IMG/VR virus record: IMGVR_UViG_3300033153_003354
Location: 17,383 to 81,382 of that record
Length of the DNA stretch: 64,000 nt
Direction: 5' to 3' (one strand)
From: a virus
Part shown: positions 1 to 10,557 of the stretch, piece after piece
Layout of the letters: the number at the start of each line of letters is the position of its first letter
How positions within the stretch are numbered: the first letter of the stretch is position 1
Made by a program: the position numbers and the translations under genes
The notes under the pieces: model-generated
What the model was told of the DNA's origin: nothing
The model's database searches: none
The model's input: only the letters and a program-made list of their open reading frames with translations

Positions 1-6
1 CTTGAG

Positions 7-450
7 TTGGTTAGTGAAGGTGAACTTATCGATAATATAGAACCAATCATTTATGATCTTGAAGAAAAACCAGCAATAAATGAATATTTTGCTGGAAACA
101 GAAAATCCCTTGATGTGGATCCAGGAAAAGTTATATTTTATCTTCACGATAGTCATCACTACATGGATTTGATACCATCCTTGGATATAATTAAAGGAAG
201 AATAAAGGGAACTGACTATAGACCATGGAAATATTTATTTGGTATTTATAAAATGTTAGAAATAAATGAACCCATGAATGTCCCACGAACATTTTGGGAT
301 ATGAGTCGAGCACGAACAAAGGTAGCCGGAGATCAACCAAAGATGGAAAAAGAAGATGAAATAAAGATTAGTAAAGTTCAAATAGTAAAAGAAGTATTAG
401 GTGTTAAAAAGAAAGAATCTGATTCCAAAGGTTTAGATAATTTCTTTTAA
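7..450 (+). CDS. C-terminal part of a replication factor C large-subunit-like protein (probably truncated by the window edge)
   Basis: LDIIKGRIKGTDYRPWKY resembles the archaeal RFC-L C-terminal D-x-F-x-GR...Y-x-LW-x-Y segment; ends in a PIP-box-like KGLDNFF. Confidence 0.55.
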   Translation: MVSEGELIDNIEPIIYDLEEKPAINEYFAGNRKSLDVDPGKVIFYLHDSHHYMDLIPSLDIIKGRIKGTDYRPWKYLFGIYKMLEINEPMNVPRTFWDMSRARTKVAGDQPKMEKEDEIKISKVQIVKEVLGVKKKESDSKGLDNFF

Positions 451-451
451 T

Positions 452-513
452 GGGCATGTAGTCTAAACAATTGGCTTCGTCCATCGTGGGTTCAAGTCCT
501 ACCATGCCCGCCA
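452..513 (+). tRNA. Truncated tRNA-like element (62 nt, Arg(UCG)-like remnant)
   Basis: Perfect acceptor stem GGGCATG/CATGCCC, T-arm GTGGG-TTCAAGT-CCTAC, discriminator G, encoded CCA; only 27 nt between acceptor and T arms, containing TGG-CTTCGT-CCA. Confidence 0.6.
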
Positions 514-533
514 AAATATAGGAGAGCGAAAAT

Positions 534-821
534 ATGACACAACAAAAAATAACAAGACATCATGAAATAGCAGAAACTGAAGGACCAACAAAAGAAATAC
601 TCATTAAAATTAGTAGTGATGAGATTATTAAAAATGGAGGGTGTCCATATCAAATAATAACAACAAAATGGTCAATACAAAGAGATGAAATTACTGATGA
701 AATTACTATACAAGATAGTACATATACAGTATTAAGCAATCATCCAAATGCAATACATTTAATGAAAAAAATATTTCATGAATTAATGACAGTTGATTTT
801 TTTAAAGGAATAATGTATTAA
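534..821 (+). CDS. Hypothetical protein
   Basis: 95 aa ORF with GGAG RBS, between the two tRNA-like genes. Confidence 0.6.
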   Translation: MTQQKITRHHEIAETEGPTKEILIKISSDEIIKNGGCPYQIITTKWSIQRDEITDEITIQDSTYTVLSNHPNAIHLMKKIFHELMTVDFFKGIMY

Positions 822-828
822 ATTATTT

Positions 829-907
829 GGCCTCGTAATCTAGTTAGAGAGAGGGTTGTTGACTTCGAATCAACTGTTCATGGGTTCGAATCCCATCATG
901 GCCTCCA
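829..907 (+). tRNA. tRNA-Arg(UCG), degenerate
   Basis: Anticodon arm GTTGA-CTTCGAA-TCAAC, T-arm ATGGG-TTCGAAT-CCCAT, encoded CCA; acceptor GGCCTCG/CATGGCC has two mismatches and the D-arm is weak. Confidence 0.75.
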
Positions 908-927
908 ACCAAAAGGAGAAAGATAAA

Positions 928-1038
928 ATGGCAACAAAAGGAAAACCAAAGAAAGATGGAAGCGGAAAAGGAACAAGAGATAATAGAGGTCGTGGTGGGT
1001 GTAAAACCACAAATAAAAAAGGTAAAGGTAAAAATTAA
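928..1038 (+). CDS. Small Lys/Gly-rich basic peptide (36 aa, MATKGKPKKDGSGKGTRDNRGRGGC...)
   Basis: AAGGAG RBS before ATG at 928; PKKDGSG-x-G...RGRGGC pattern typical of short basic peptides. Confidence 0.55.
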   Translation: MATKGKPKKDGSGKGTRDNRGRGGCKTTNKKGKGKN

Positions 1039-1090
1039 AGATAGGTTTATATACCACTATCACTATGTGGTACTTGCAACAGGTGAAACA

Positions 1091-3064
1091 TTGCGAGTAC
1101 CACGAATCGAAATTAAAAATGATAAGTTGGCCATTTATGCTCCATATCAACAAGATTTCATAAATGAATTAAAATATGAAACAATAACTAGAACATGGAG
1201 AAATGATTATTGGGAAGTTTCAATGTTAGAAGCTACCATAGCCATAGACATTGTTAAGAAACACTGGCCAAGAATCAAAGATGTTCCAGAAGTAGATGAT
1301 TTATCAACAATGCCTTTGGGATCATTGAACATCTCTGGAAATCAATTTATTATTATAGATTATCATGGAATAAATTGCCCAAAATTTAGAACAGAACTTC
1401 AGAATGTATTTTCAAGAACATTTTATTCTAAAGGAAATTGGACAATTAATATCATTAACAAAAATGTTTTAAAGATTATCATTGGGTTTTGTAACAAATT
1501 CAGGATTGCAATATCACGAAAAATAAAAGATGAAATACAATTCAGACTAGATGAATACAATTTAAATAAAGAAAAACGAAAAGAATTCATGGAAGCATCC
1601 AAAGCTACCAGATCAGCAGATGCAATAGATATTCCTAAACTTGGTGGAACTCTATATCCATTTCAATCTGCTGGTGTAAGATATATTGATAAAACAAGAG
1701 GACGTGCTCTCATCGGAGATGAAATGGGACTAGGAAAAACAATAATATCTTTGGCGTGGACACAACTTCATAATGAACAAACACCAGTGATTGTTGTTTG
1801 TCCAGCTTCACTAAAAAATAATTGGGCAAGAGAAATATTAAAATGGACAGAAGCAGATAAAGTAATAATAATTAATGGATCCACCAATATACGAAGTATT
1901 ACCAAAGATGATTTTAAAGGAAAAATAATTAAGGGCGATACCCCATTAATGGGTCACAGATACATTATTTTGAATTATGAAATGGTTAGTAAATGGAAAG
2001 ATAAAATTCTTGAGATCGACCCAAAGTGCATCATCCTTGATGAATGTCATTACATTAAAAATTATAAAGCAAAACGAACTATAAGTACAATAGATTTAGC
2101 AAAGTCTATTCCACATCAGATTGCATTAAGTGGAACTCCAATGTTAAATAAACCAATTGAATTATGGACAACGGTTAACCTACTTTCTCCAACAGTGTTT
2201 GATAATTTCATGGATTTTGCATACACCTACTGTAGTGCAAATCGTGGTGGATATGGATGGGATTTTAATGGTGCATCTAATTTGAATGAATTGCATGTTA
2301 AACTTGCAGAAAATTGTATGTTACGAAGATTGAAGAAGGATGTATTGGATGAACTTCCTGCAAAAACAAGAAACACAATCATCCTTGGTATGGGTGGTGA
2401 TGGTGAAAGACAATATAATAAAGCATATCATAATTTGTTAGATTTTTTGATAGAAGAAAAAAAAAAAACAAAAAAACAAGCAGATAGATCAATGACTGCT
2501 GAAGTTCTCGTTAGAATTGGTGCATTAAGACAAACAATCGCAAAAGCCAAACTTCCAGCAGCAAGAGAGTGGTTACACAACGCACTAGATAGTGGAATGG
2601 AAAAAGTTGTTGTGTTTGTTCATCATCACGATACCGTTGATGCTTTGTATGAAGAATTTAAAGATATTGCTGTTAAGGTTACTGGTCATGAATCAATTAA
2701 TGATAGGGATTCAAATGTACAAGCATTTCAAATGAACGATGATATACGAATGTTAATTGGGACATTTGGTGCTGCTGGAATTGGACTGACTATGACAGCT
2801 GCCTCTGATGTTGTAATGTTGGAACTTCCATGGAGGCCATCAGATTTAACACAAGCTGAAGATCGACTTCATAGGATTGGTCAAGAAAAGAAAGTTACTG
2901 CGTGGTACTTGTTAGCAAGTGACACCATAGATGAATATATGGCAGATTTACTTGAACGAAAAATGGCAATCGCATCACAAGTATTAGATGGAACTTCTGA
3001 TGAAGTAGTTGAGAATCTCAAAGGAGAATTCATTAAAATGTTAATGGATAAAGCAGAGGAATGA
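1091..3064 (+). CDS. SNF2-family (SMARCAL1/HARP-like) helicase/annealing ATPase
   Basis: LYPFQ, GDEMGLGKT, DECH, LSGTP, QAEDRLHRIGQ motifs; start moved to TTG 1091 because of AGGTGA RBS at 1081 and TTTATATA at 1046. Confidence 0.92.
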   Translation: MRVPRIEIKNDKLAIYAPYQQDFINELKYETITRTWRNDYWEVSMLEATIAIDIVKKHWPRIKDVPEVDDLSTMPLGSLNISGNQFIIIDYHGINCPKFRTELQNVFSRTFYSKGNWTINIINKNVLKIIIGFCNKFRIAISRKIKDEIQFRLDEYNLNKEKRKEFMEASKATRSADAIDIPKLGGTLYPFQSAGVRYIDKTRGRALIGDEMGLGKTIISLAWTQLHNEQTPVIVVCPASLKNNWAREILKWTEADKVIIINGSTNIRSITKDDFKGKIIKGDTPLMGHRYIILNYEMVSKWKDKILEIDPKCIILDECHYIKNYKAKRTISTIDLAKSIPHQIALSGTPMLNKPIELWTTVNLLSPTVFDNFMDFAYTYCSANRGGYGWDFNGASNLNELHVKLAENCMLRRLKKDVLDELPAKTRNTIILGMGGDGERQYNKAYHNLLDFLIEEKKKTKKQADRSMTAEVLVRIGALRQTIAKAKLPAAREWLHNALDSGMEKVVVFVHHHDTVDALYEEFKDIAVKVTGHESINDRDSNVQAFQMNDDIRMLIGTFGAAGIGLTMTAASDVVMLELPWRPSDLTQAEDRLHRIGQEKKVTAWYLLASDTIDEYMADLLERKMAIASQVLDGTSDEVVENLKGEFIKMLMDKAEE

Positions 3065-3190
3065 AAAACATGTCCATAAACGAAGAATACGGAAAGCAAA
3101 TGATAAACATGATAGATTGTGTATGTAAACAACCAGAATTGTCTTATTCTCGTTGTTTGATATGTCAAATGAAGAAATAGAGGGATAAAA

Positions 3191-3628
3191 ATGGTTAGAG
3201 TTGGAACATTAACTGGCGCAAGAAGAGAACGGATAGGAAAAATAACAATGAAAGAATTTTTCAGATTGGGAGAACAAATCAATGGTAAATTGACTGATGA
3301 TTTCCTTGATCCATTAAATTTTGATGAACAAATACATCTACAAATATTCATAGGAAATGAGGTAATATCGACAATGAAAGAAGATTTTGATACATCTACT
3401 GTAGAATCAATTTGTAATGAATTGATAAAAGAAATGGATTATATGAAAATACACAGAGAATTATTTGATCTTGGTAAAATAAATTATCAATTTGCTCCAA
3501 GACAAATTAACATATTCATTAAGAGAAACATACCAAAACAATTACTACATACTCGAAAAAACAAGAAAAATTTGTTGTTATTCAGTCCAAAGGGATTTAT
3601 GAATGACACTCTAGGAATTGAGGACTGA
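3191..3628 (+). CDS. Hypothetical protein
   Basis: 145 aa ORF continuing the helicase operon, converging with the tail module. Confidence 0.55.
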   Translation: MVRVGTLTGARRERIGKITMKEFFRLGEQINGKLTDDFLDPLNFDEQIHLQIFIGNEVISTMKEDFDTSTVESICNELIKEMDYMKIHRELFDLGKINYQFAPRQINIFIKRNIPKQLLHTRKNKKNLLLFSPKGFMNDTLGIED

Positions 3629-4693
3629 TACTAAATTGTATCTTTCTTCTCCAAGAACCAAATCACAAAACCAACCAGAAGAAGAATATTCATGGGTCAT
3701 AGAAACTACACGATATATTCTAGATGGTAATCGTTGTGTTCCATATAATCTATCATCTATGTAAACTATGGATCCAACTTCAACATCGTTCATTCCCCAA
3801 GTTTGTAACTCAACATTATATAATGGAACAGCAAAAATGTCAATGAATGAATCGGCAGCTAATTGTAATCCACTTTGACTTTGGATAGTATCATCATTGA
3901 TTGTTTTTTCTCTCCAGAATCCATATACATCATGTGAATTTTGTGAATATGAAACAACATCTGTCAAACCAGAAGATGTATATTTAATTCTATTAATGAT
4001 TGAACTAATATCCAAAGTTACTTTATCGGAAATCATTTGTGCATAATTTTCAGATGGTAAATAATTATAATATTTTTTACTTCCCAAGATCAATGATTTT
4101 GTAACATTTGTTTCAATAAGTTCCAGTGGTTCTCTTAATAGCATTGTTCCAACCAAAAAAGAATAAAACCACTCATACCCACCAATAGATGCCAATTTTT
4201 GAATTATATCCAATGATGCGTCTCTATCTGTAAAATCATAAGTAATTGAAATGTCTATTCCAGATGCCGAAGATAATAATGATGCTGGTCTTGATGTTTG
4301 TGTGTTTATATATTCAATGATTGTTTGGATTGTTCCGATTTGTTGTGAATATGGAACCATTAAATCATCTACAGTTAATTCTTTTTCCCAAACTTCTCCA
4401 ATTCCTTCTAATGGAACAGATAAAAAAGATCCACCAGAATCTATTGGTATTTCAATGGTTGATATTATTCCTTCAAATATTTTTTGTGGTGTTCCTGGTT
4501 CCCATCCAGCATATATTTTTACCGTTTCTCCACCTATTAATCTCACAGAATTTCTGCCCTTTGTATTATCAATTACTAGTGTGGCATCAGAAAGGGCATT
4601 TAAAGTATTATTAACAGTAAAAGAAACAAAATCAAAAAATGGGTCATCATCAATGAATATTTGTATTTCCGAAACTACTGCTAAATCACTCAT
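3611..4693 (-). CDS. Baseplate hub / tail-tip protein (P2 gpD / Mu gp44-like fold)
   Basis: Last gene of the tail module; VKIYAGW...IFEGII N-terminus and VEVGSIVYI...YRVVSMTHEYSSSGWFCDLVL C-terminus typical of hub proteins. Confidence 0.75.
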   Translation of the reverse strand: MSDLAVVSEIQIFIDDDPFFDFVSFTVNNTLNALSDATLVIDNTKGRNSVRLIGGETVKIYAGWEPGTPQKIFEGIISTIEIPIDSGGSFLSVPLEGIGEVWEKELTVDDLMVPYSQQIGTIQTIIEYINTQTSRPASLLSSASGIDISITYDFTDRDASLDIIQKLASIGGYEWFYSFLVGTMLLREPLELIETNVTKSLILGSKKYYNYLPSENYAQMISDKVTLDISSIINRIKYTSSGLTDVVSYSQNSHDVYGFWREKTINDDTIQSQSGLQLAADSFIDIFAVPLYNVELQTWGMNDVEVGSIVYIDDRLYGTQRLPSRIYRVVSMTHEYSSSGWFCDLVLGEERYNLVSVLNS

Positions 4694-7128
4694 AGTCCAT
4701 ACACCGTTAATCTTTCTGGATCAATTTCATGAACTTCTACAGAATATACATACACCAGGGGATCATCACTGGATATATCTGATGTATAATTCATCAACAC
4801 ACCCTTTATATCTCCATATCCTTCCAAATACCAAATTATTAATTTTCCGTTTGATTCTAGAAAATCAAATAAATCTCGCTCTGTTTCCGCTTGTTCTTTC
4901 ATTGCTGCATCTACTTCATTTCTAGATAATGTTGTAAAATTACAACTACTTCCATGATGTTCTCCACTTACAGAAAATATTCTTCCTCCACTTTTTGTAT
5001 GTTGTACCAAAGATTGTGTTGTTTCTGGTAGGTTTGTGTTTGATCCACCGGGATTACGAGATAATTTAATTCCCATTGGTGCAAATGCAGGGTCTATTCT
5101 AATGAATATTCCTTCGGAATCAAAAATATATATTGTACCAAATATATGTTCACTGTCTTGATTAGTATCATCTTGTACCCAAAATTCCCATGTAAATCCA
5201 ACATTATTTGGGGATTCCAACAATGGGTTGTTTGCTGTTTGATATACATATGTAATTAATGGATTGTTTGTTACTATAACACCCGACCCATCTCCTGGAT
5301 CGAAATAATAAATCAACGAACCACCTTCTGGATCTTCGGACAAAATTCCATTAAAAAAGGTATCTTGGTCAACAAATCCCGTGATTGGTGCAATTAAATT
5401 AGCTACTGGAATTTGATTTTGTACCCAAAAACTTCTTCCAATATATTGTGATGTTGCCATGAATGTTGGTGAATTATATTTATCAGTAACATATATTTGT
5501 AGTGGGAACACAGAAGTAATTGCATTTTCTTCAGATGTATAAGCATGTGTAATAGAAGGACTTGTTTGCCAACCATCTGTTATATCATCTCCCCAATCAA
5601 AATAAAAGCCTTGGTTCTCAAGTGGATCACCAGTTTCTAATTGTCCATATAGATTTATTTCATCTACTAACCATTCATCTTTTAATACATATGATGTACT
5701 CGTTTCTCCATCATATTCTAATCTTCCATGCCATAAACCAAATAATCCTCTTGATGGATAAGCATATTCAGATAAATCAAAAGATATAATGGGTGTTTTT
5801 GGATCGAGTGTTCCATCATCTACATAAATTCTAATTAAATCTATGGTGAATTTTACTATAAGTGTAAATGCACCAGATGTATCAATATCTCCTAATGTAT
5901 CACTTATTTTTGTTCTTGCATCGGGTCCATTTATGATCGATATTTCTGCATAATCACCCCACCAAAGACCTAAAAATATTCCAGTGTGCATACCACGATT
6001 TGGATAAGATGAAAGAACGGTTGTTCTAAATCCGGTTATTGTGTCTGGATTTCCAACGTGTAATGCTATTCCAGTGAATGGATGTTCTGCTATAGATTCA
6101 TTTATCGTGCATTCCATTTCAACAGTATAAAATCCAGAATCTAATCCTATATCTGTTTGCTCTATTGTTCTAATCATCCATTTATCTGTACTTGCGGTAC
6201 TTGATACTTCTGGAAATGTGATTTCACTTAATATTGGATTTGCCACAGTTTGATCAATTGGTTTATGAATAACATTTTCAAATTTACCCAAATCAGCACC
6301 ATCAAATAATTCTGTTAATGATGGTGTCGGTGAATTTGCTTGTATTGTTTGACTTGCATCAAACGTTTCTAACACACCGCCTTCTAATACAGTTGGAGAA
6401 CTTAAATGATTCCAAAATGATATTTTTGTGGATCTTGGTAAAACTGGAGCAAGACCAAAATTTCCTCTTCTCAATTCTGTTGGAACTTCCAAGGATGTAG
6501 CATATAAATATTGCCAAGGATATACTGCATAATCATTACCACCAGTATCTGCTGCTGTATTATCGGTTTCTATAAATATAGTTAATTTTCCAGGGTTTAT
6601 TCTTCCATCTATTTTGATGTTTCTCCATTCATCTTCTGGAATACCACCATCAGAACGAGCTTCACCCAAGTTAGAAACCGGAGAATCTGGGAATTGTAAT
6701 AAACTATTAAATTCGTGATAATAATAAAACGTTTCTGTTAGTGAGAAATGAATTCTCATTGCAGTAAATGGTTCATCATCACCAATATATCCAATTATCA
6801 CCCATAAATCTTTATCTTCAACTCCACCAGATACAAAATTCAATCCAAATTCCAAAGATGGATTCCAATTATCATATATATATGGTGATGTTGGTGTGTT
6901 TGATTCTGTTATTTTTGTTGTATCATCTGTTCCCCCGGTGATTGTTAAATATCCAGATCCTTCAACATACGAAGCACCACCAAGAACATCATAATCCCAT
7001 ACGGCTGTGTCTGGTGCTCCTGTTCCACCAAAATCATCATATACTATTATGTCTTTTTCTGTGTTATTCCATCCAACAATAGGTTGGACACTAGAAGTAG
7101 TTTCTACATAGTCTTTGGTATATGCCAT
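4690..7128 (-). CDS. Minor tail protein with lectin-like and PKD/Ig-like domains
   Basis: FYFDWGD...ITHAY and YYFDPGDGS...ITYVY PKD motifs; position between tape measure and hub; very acidic. Confidence 0.7.
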   Translation of the reverse strand: MAYTKDYVETTSSVQPIVGWNNTEKDIIVYDDFGGTGAPDTAVWDYDVLGGASYVEGSGYLTITGGTDDTTKITESNTPTSPYIYDNWNPSLEFGLNFVSGGVEDKDLWVIIGYIGDDEPFTAMRIHFSLTETFYYYHEFNSLLQFPDSPVSNLGEARSDGGIPEDEWRNIKIDGRINPGKLTIFIETDNTAADTGGNDYAVYPWQYLYATSLEVPTELRRGNFGLAPVLPRSTKISFWNHLSSPTVLEGGVLETFDASQTIQANSPTPSLTELFDGADLGKFENVIHKPIDQTVANPILSEITFPEVSSTASTDKWMIRTIEQTDIGLDSGFYTVEMECTINESIAEHPFTGIALHVGNPDTITGFRTTVLSSYPNRGMHTGIFLGLWWGDYAEISIINGPDARTKISDTLGDIDTSGAFTLIVKFTIDLIRIYVDDGTLDPKTPIISFDLSEYAYPSRGLFGLWHGRLEYDGETSTSYVLKDEWLVDEINLYGQLETGDPLENQGFYFDWGDDITDGWQTSPSITHAYTSEENAITSVFPLQIYVTDKYNSPTFMATSQYIGRSFWVQNQIPVANLIAPITGFVDQDTFFNGILSEDPEGGSLIYYFDPGDGSGVIVTNNPLITYVYQTANNPLLESPNNVGFTWEFWVQDDTNQDSEHIFGTIYIFDSEGIFIRIDPAFAPMGIKLSRNPGGSNTNLPETTQSLVQHTKSGGRIFSVSGEHHGSSCNFTTLSRNEVDAAMKEQAETERDLFDFLESNGKLIIWYLEGYGDIKGVLMNYTSDISSDDPLVYVYSVEVHEIDPERLTVYGL

Positions 7129-10100
7129 TATGGTCCCTCCGCTGAAAATCTCTTTAATCCACCTGTATCTACACCCACTACACCAACTGTGATGTAATCG
7201 AATGGATTATCTGTTGTTAAAATACCTTCTGAATCTTCTCCTACATCTGACCATGTAGATGTTGTTCCCAAAATAGGACTATCTATTATTGGAACCAATG
7301 TTTCTTCTATTACACCAACCAAATCCCATCTAACAAAATCTTCTTCTGGTGTTACATCATCTGTCCAATCCCATATAGCCCTTGTTTGTCCAAATGCAGT
7401 TGCATACCATGGAGTGGCATCTATTGCCACTGGTTGAATTGGAATATTTGTTTGCCAATTTTCAATATCAGAATCTATATTGTTTCCACTTCCATCTAAC
7501 AGTTTTACATAATATTCCATGTCTCTTCCAGATGGCCAAGTATCTTGTGTTGGATCAAATTCATGAATATCTGTTTGTAAAACAATCTCATGATAAAATT
7601 CTTCATAATATGTTGGTTCTATTTCTATGTTTTTAATATCCATATATTTGAAAACAGAATATGAATTTCTGGCATTAAATAATAATCGTCCTTTTGAATC
7701 ACTAATATTTGATGCATCAATATCAATATATTTTGTACTGTTTGCCCATATTTCAAAATGATCTTCTTTTTTTATGTATTCTATGGATATGAATCCAGCA
7801 ACTGGATCCAAAGGAATTGTTCCAGCAATTATGAAAGAAGAATCAATACCAGTTCTTAAATATCTTACAGTAAATGTATTATTATTATTTACAGTAAATC
7901 TAACATAAAATGATGGGGTTACATCATTATCAAAATCATCATCTGTTTGTAGTTGCAAAATTGTTGCTCCTGATTCAGCTTGCCAATCAAATGTTAAATT
8001 AAAATCTCTCATTTGTGATGTGTGTGTCATATATTTTTTTGGTGCAACAATAATATTATTTATATCAATAGCACCCTTTGCAAATAATCGTATGGTATCT
8101 ACTGCATTATATTCAAAATATCCTACTCCAGTGATAGTTAATTGTTCAATTAATTCTAACATTGCATCTTCATTTGCAAAATCAATATTCCAATTAGTAA
8201 ATGTCGTCCATCCCGGAGCACCAACATCACGAAAATATATTTCTGTTGTATCTGATTCTCCAGAAAAAGCACCCCATTCAATATTTATAAACGCAGAATT
8301 TATATCTAATAATACTAATGTTGGTTTTGAAGGATCGAAATTTGCTAATATACTAAACGAACTTAATCCAATTTCCCATTTATGTGTATTATTATCATAC
8401 GGAACTATTGCATACCAATATGTATTTCCAGAAATAGCAGAACTATCTTCCCATGTTTTATTTGTTGCTCCAACTATAGTATAAATTGGTGTCAATAAAC
8501 TAACATCACTGAAACTTCCATTTTCTCTATAAATTAAATAACCACCTGTATCAGAATCATGTGTATATATATTCCAATCTAATTCTACTTCGTTTGAAAA
8601 TATATTATTTGATAATATCAATGAAGTTACTCTTGGTGGTTTGAAATCTGTTGTTAAATTAAATGTTGTTAGTCCAGTAATGTGTTTATTTGTTTCATCA
8701 TCATATGGAACAACAGCATAATAATAAAGTGTTGCGTCAGATGGTGGGAAACCAGTTCCTTGATCGTTCAAATAAAGTTTCAAACTACCAGGAGTTATTG
8801 TATCAATTAATGTAGCCCCTGATGTGGCACTAAAATTTATTGTGTTTCTATATACTTCATACCCCAATACATCAGAATCTTGGGAATATCCACCCCAATC
8901 AAGATAAACACCATCTAATTCACGTTCATTTGTTATTATTAAAGAAGTTATCTTTGGTGGGCTAAAATCAGATGTGATGTTTACATTAGTTAATCCTTCA
9001 TCTATATAATTTCCTGAAGTATCATATGGAATTACTGCATAATAATAAATCTGATTATTATTTGGTCCATCTATAGCTGATTGTAAATCTTCAAATGTTT
9101 TAGTATTTGGGTTTGTTATATCTAGTAATTCTCCAGACATGGGAGTTGGTACAGTTGAAAATGGTGAAGTATCACGATATATATAATAACCATCTAGATC
9201 AGCCAAAGATGAATCGTATGTTGTCCAAGAAAGAACGAGTTTATTATCATCCCTATCATTGGTCAATATCATATCAGTTACTTTTGGGGGACTCATTTCA
9301 GCAAGAACTGATTTTGTTTCAAGTAAATCTACATGTTTATAACCATCTATATCTATTGGTATAATAGCATAGTAATATAAAGTTCCATTCACTGGAGTTG
9401 TATCTGTCCATTCTTTATCTGGTGGTGTTGCTGGACCAACAGTATGTATTGGTGTTAATACACTAGGAGTTGTGACATCTATGAAATTTGTTGTTTCTCT
9501 ATAAATTTCATAACTTCCAGTGTTCATATCAGATGGTGGTGAATATAATGGCCACTCTAAAAGAATTGAGTTTGTTCCATTCTGAACAGTTGGTTCTATT
9601 TGAGTAGAAGTCATTCTTATTGGTGACCAATCTGTTAGAACTTCCTCTACATTTAAATCTGTTAAATGTACCCCACCTTCTAAATCTTCACATACAACAG
9701 CAATATAATAATATTTATCATTATCAAATGTATCTAGATTTGAATTCCAAACAACACCAGCATCAATATCATATGTTTTTGTAGCTGGATTTGTTATTGT
9801 ACTTCCAGTAACTTCATATACTCCAGAATCAGTAGTAGCACTAAATGATGATTCACTCATATAAAGTCGATAATGATCGAAATCAGCTGGTGGTGTGTAT
9901 GTAGACCAAATAACTGTAACTTTATTTTCATCATTCACATTAGTTGCTGTTGGATCTACTCTGTCTGGAGCTGGATCTGTATATGTTATTTTTATGTATG
10001 GTTTAAGTACTGCATTTTCTTTGGTATAAAAATAAGCATTATTATTTATCAAAACATCTTCTGATTCAGATTTAATTAAAACAAAATATTCATCTTCCCA

Positions 10101-10553
10101 GTCTGTTATTATATCTGTTATGTCAAAAGACACCCAAGTATCACTAGGAACAACAATTGGATTATCCATAGCAACTGAAGCAAAATCTCCACCAGCAATT
10201 ATCCAATTTTGTGATGATGTACTTTTATTCCAAGTTACTTCATCTTCAACAAAATCTTTTGTGATTCCAACATTTAATTCATATATTCCTAAAGTTATAC
10301 TTGTTGCAATTTGATCTCCACCTTTATATATGAATAATTCTACTTTATCAATTGTTGCATTTGGTGCTGGAATTGATGGAATTTCTCCACGTAATACAAG
10401 TCTTGATTTGGATGTTCCAACACCAAAATGACCAACATACATTGTATTAAGAGTTCCAAAATTAGTATCTGGATTGATTGATTGAATATATGAATCCGCT
10501 AATATATATGCTGTTCCGGTGAGTTCTTTTTGTGGTGGTACTGGTGATGCCAT
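7128..10553 (-). CDS. Large tail adhesin-like protein: N-terminal DNRLRE-like domain plus about five fibronectin-III-like repeats
   Basis: DSYIQSINPDTNFG...VTWN...WVSFDITD...KPYIKITY (DNRLRE-like); repeated L-x-W...Y-x-IYR...YYYAV-x-PYD units. Confidence 0.8.
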   Translation of the reverse strand: MASPVPPQKELTGTAYILADSYIQSINPDTNFGTLNTMYVGHFGVGTSKSRLVLRGEIPSIPAPNATIDKVELFIYKGGDQIATSITLGIYELNVGITKDFVEDEVTWNKSTSSQNWIIAGGDFASVAMDNPIVVPSDTWVSFDITDIITDWEDEYFVLIKSESEDVLINNNAYFYTKENAVLKPYIKITYTDPAPDRVDPTATNVNDENKVTVIWSTYTPPADFDHYRLYMSESSFSATTDSGVYEVTGSTITNPATKTYDIDAGVVWNSNLDTFDNDKYYYIAVVCEDLEGGVHLTDLNVEEVLTDWSPIRMTSTQIEPTVQNGTNSILLEWPLYSPPSDMNTGSYEIYRETTNFIDVTTPSVLTPIHTVGPATPPDKEWTDTTPVNGTLYYYAIIPIDIDGYKHVDLLETKSVLAEMSPPKVTDMILTNDRDDNKLVLSWTTYDSSLADLDGYYIYRDTSPFSTVPTPMSGELLDITNPNTKTFEDLQSAIDGPNNNQIYYYAVIPYDTSGNYIDEGLTNVNITSDFSPPKITSLIITNERELDGVYLDWGGYSQDSDVLGYEVYRNTINFSATSGATLIDTITPGSLKLYLNDQGTGFPPSDATLYYYAVVPYDDETNKHITGLTTFNLTTDFKPPRVTSLILSNNIFSNEVELDWNIYTHDSDTGGYLIYRENGSFSDVSLLTPIYTIVGATNKTWEDSSAISGNTYWYAIVPYDNNTHKWEIGLSSFSILANFDPSKPTLVLLDINSAFINIEWGAFSGESDTTEIYFRDVGAPGWTTFTNWNIDFANEDAMLELIEQLTITGVGYFEYNAVDTIRLFAKGAIDINNIIVAPKKYMTHTSQMRDFNLTFDWQAESGATILQLQTDDDFDNDVTPSFYVRFTVNNNNTFTVRYLRTGIDSSFIIAGTIPLDPVAGFISIEYIKKEDHFEIWANSTKYIDIDASNISDSKGRLLFNARNSYSVFKYMDIKNIEIEPTYYEEFYHEIVLQTDIHEFDPTQDTWPSGRDMEYYVKLLDGSGNNIDSDIENWQTNIPIQPVAIDATPWYATAFGQTRAIWDWTDDVTPEEDFVRWDLVGVIEETLVPIIDSPILGTTSTWSDVGEDSEGILTTDNPFDYITVGVVGVDTGGLKRFSAEGP

Positions 10554-10557
10554 TTTA

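Noticed and set aside
856-1090. ORF-track starts at 856 (60 aa) and 956 (helicase)
   Set aside because: 856 lies inside the tRNA; RBS and promoter positions favour 928 and 1091
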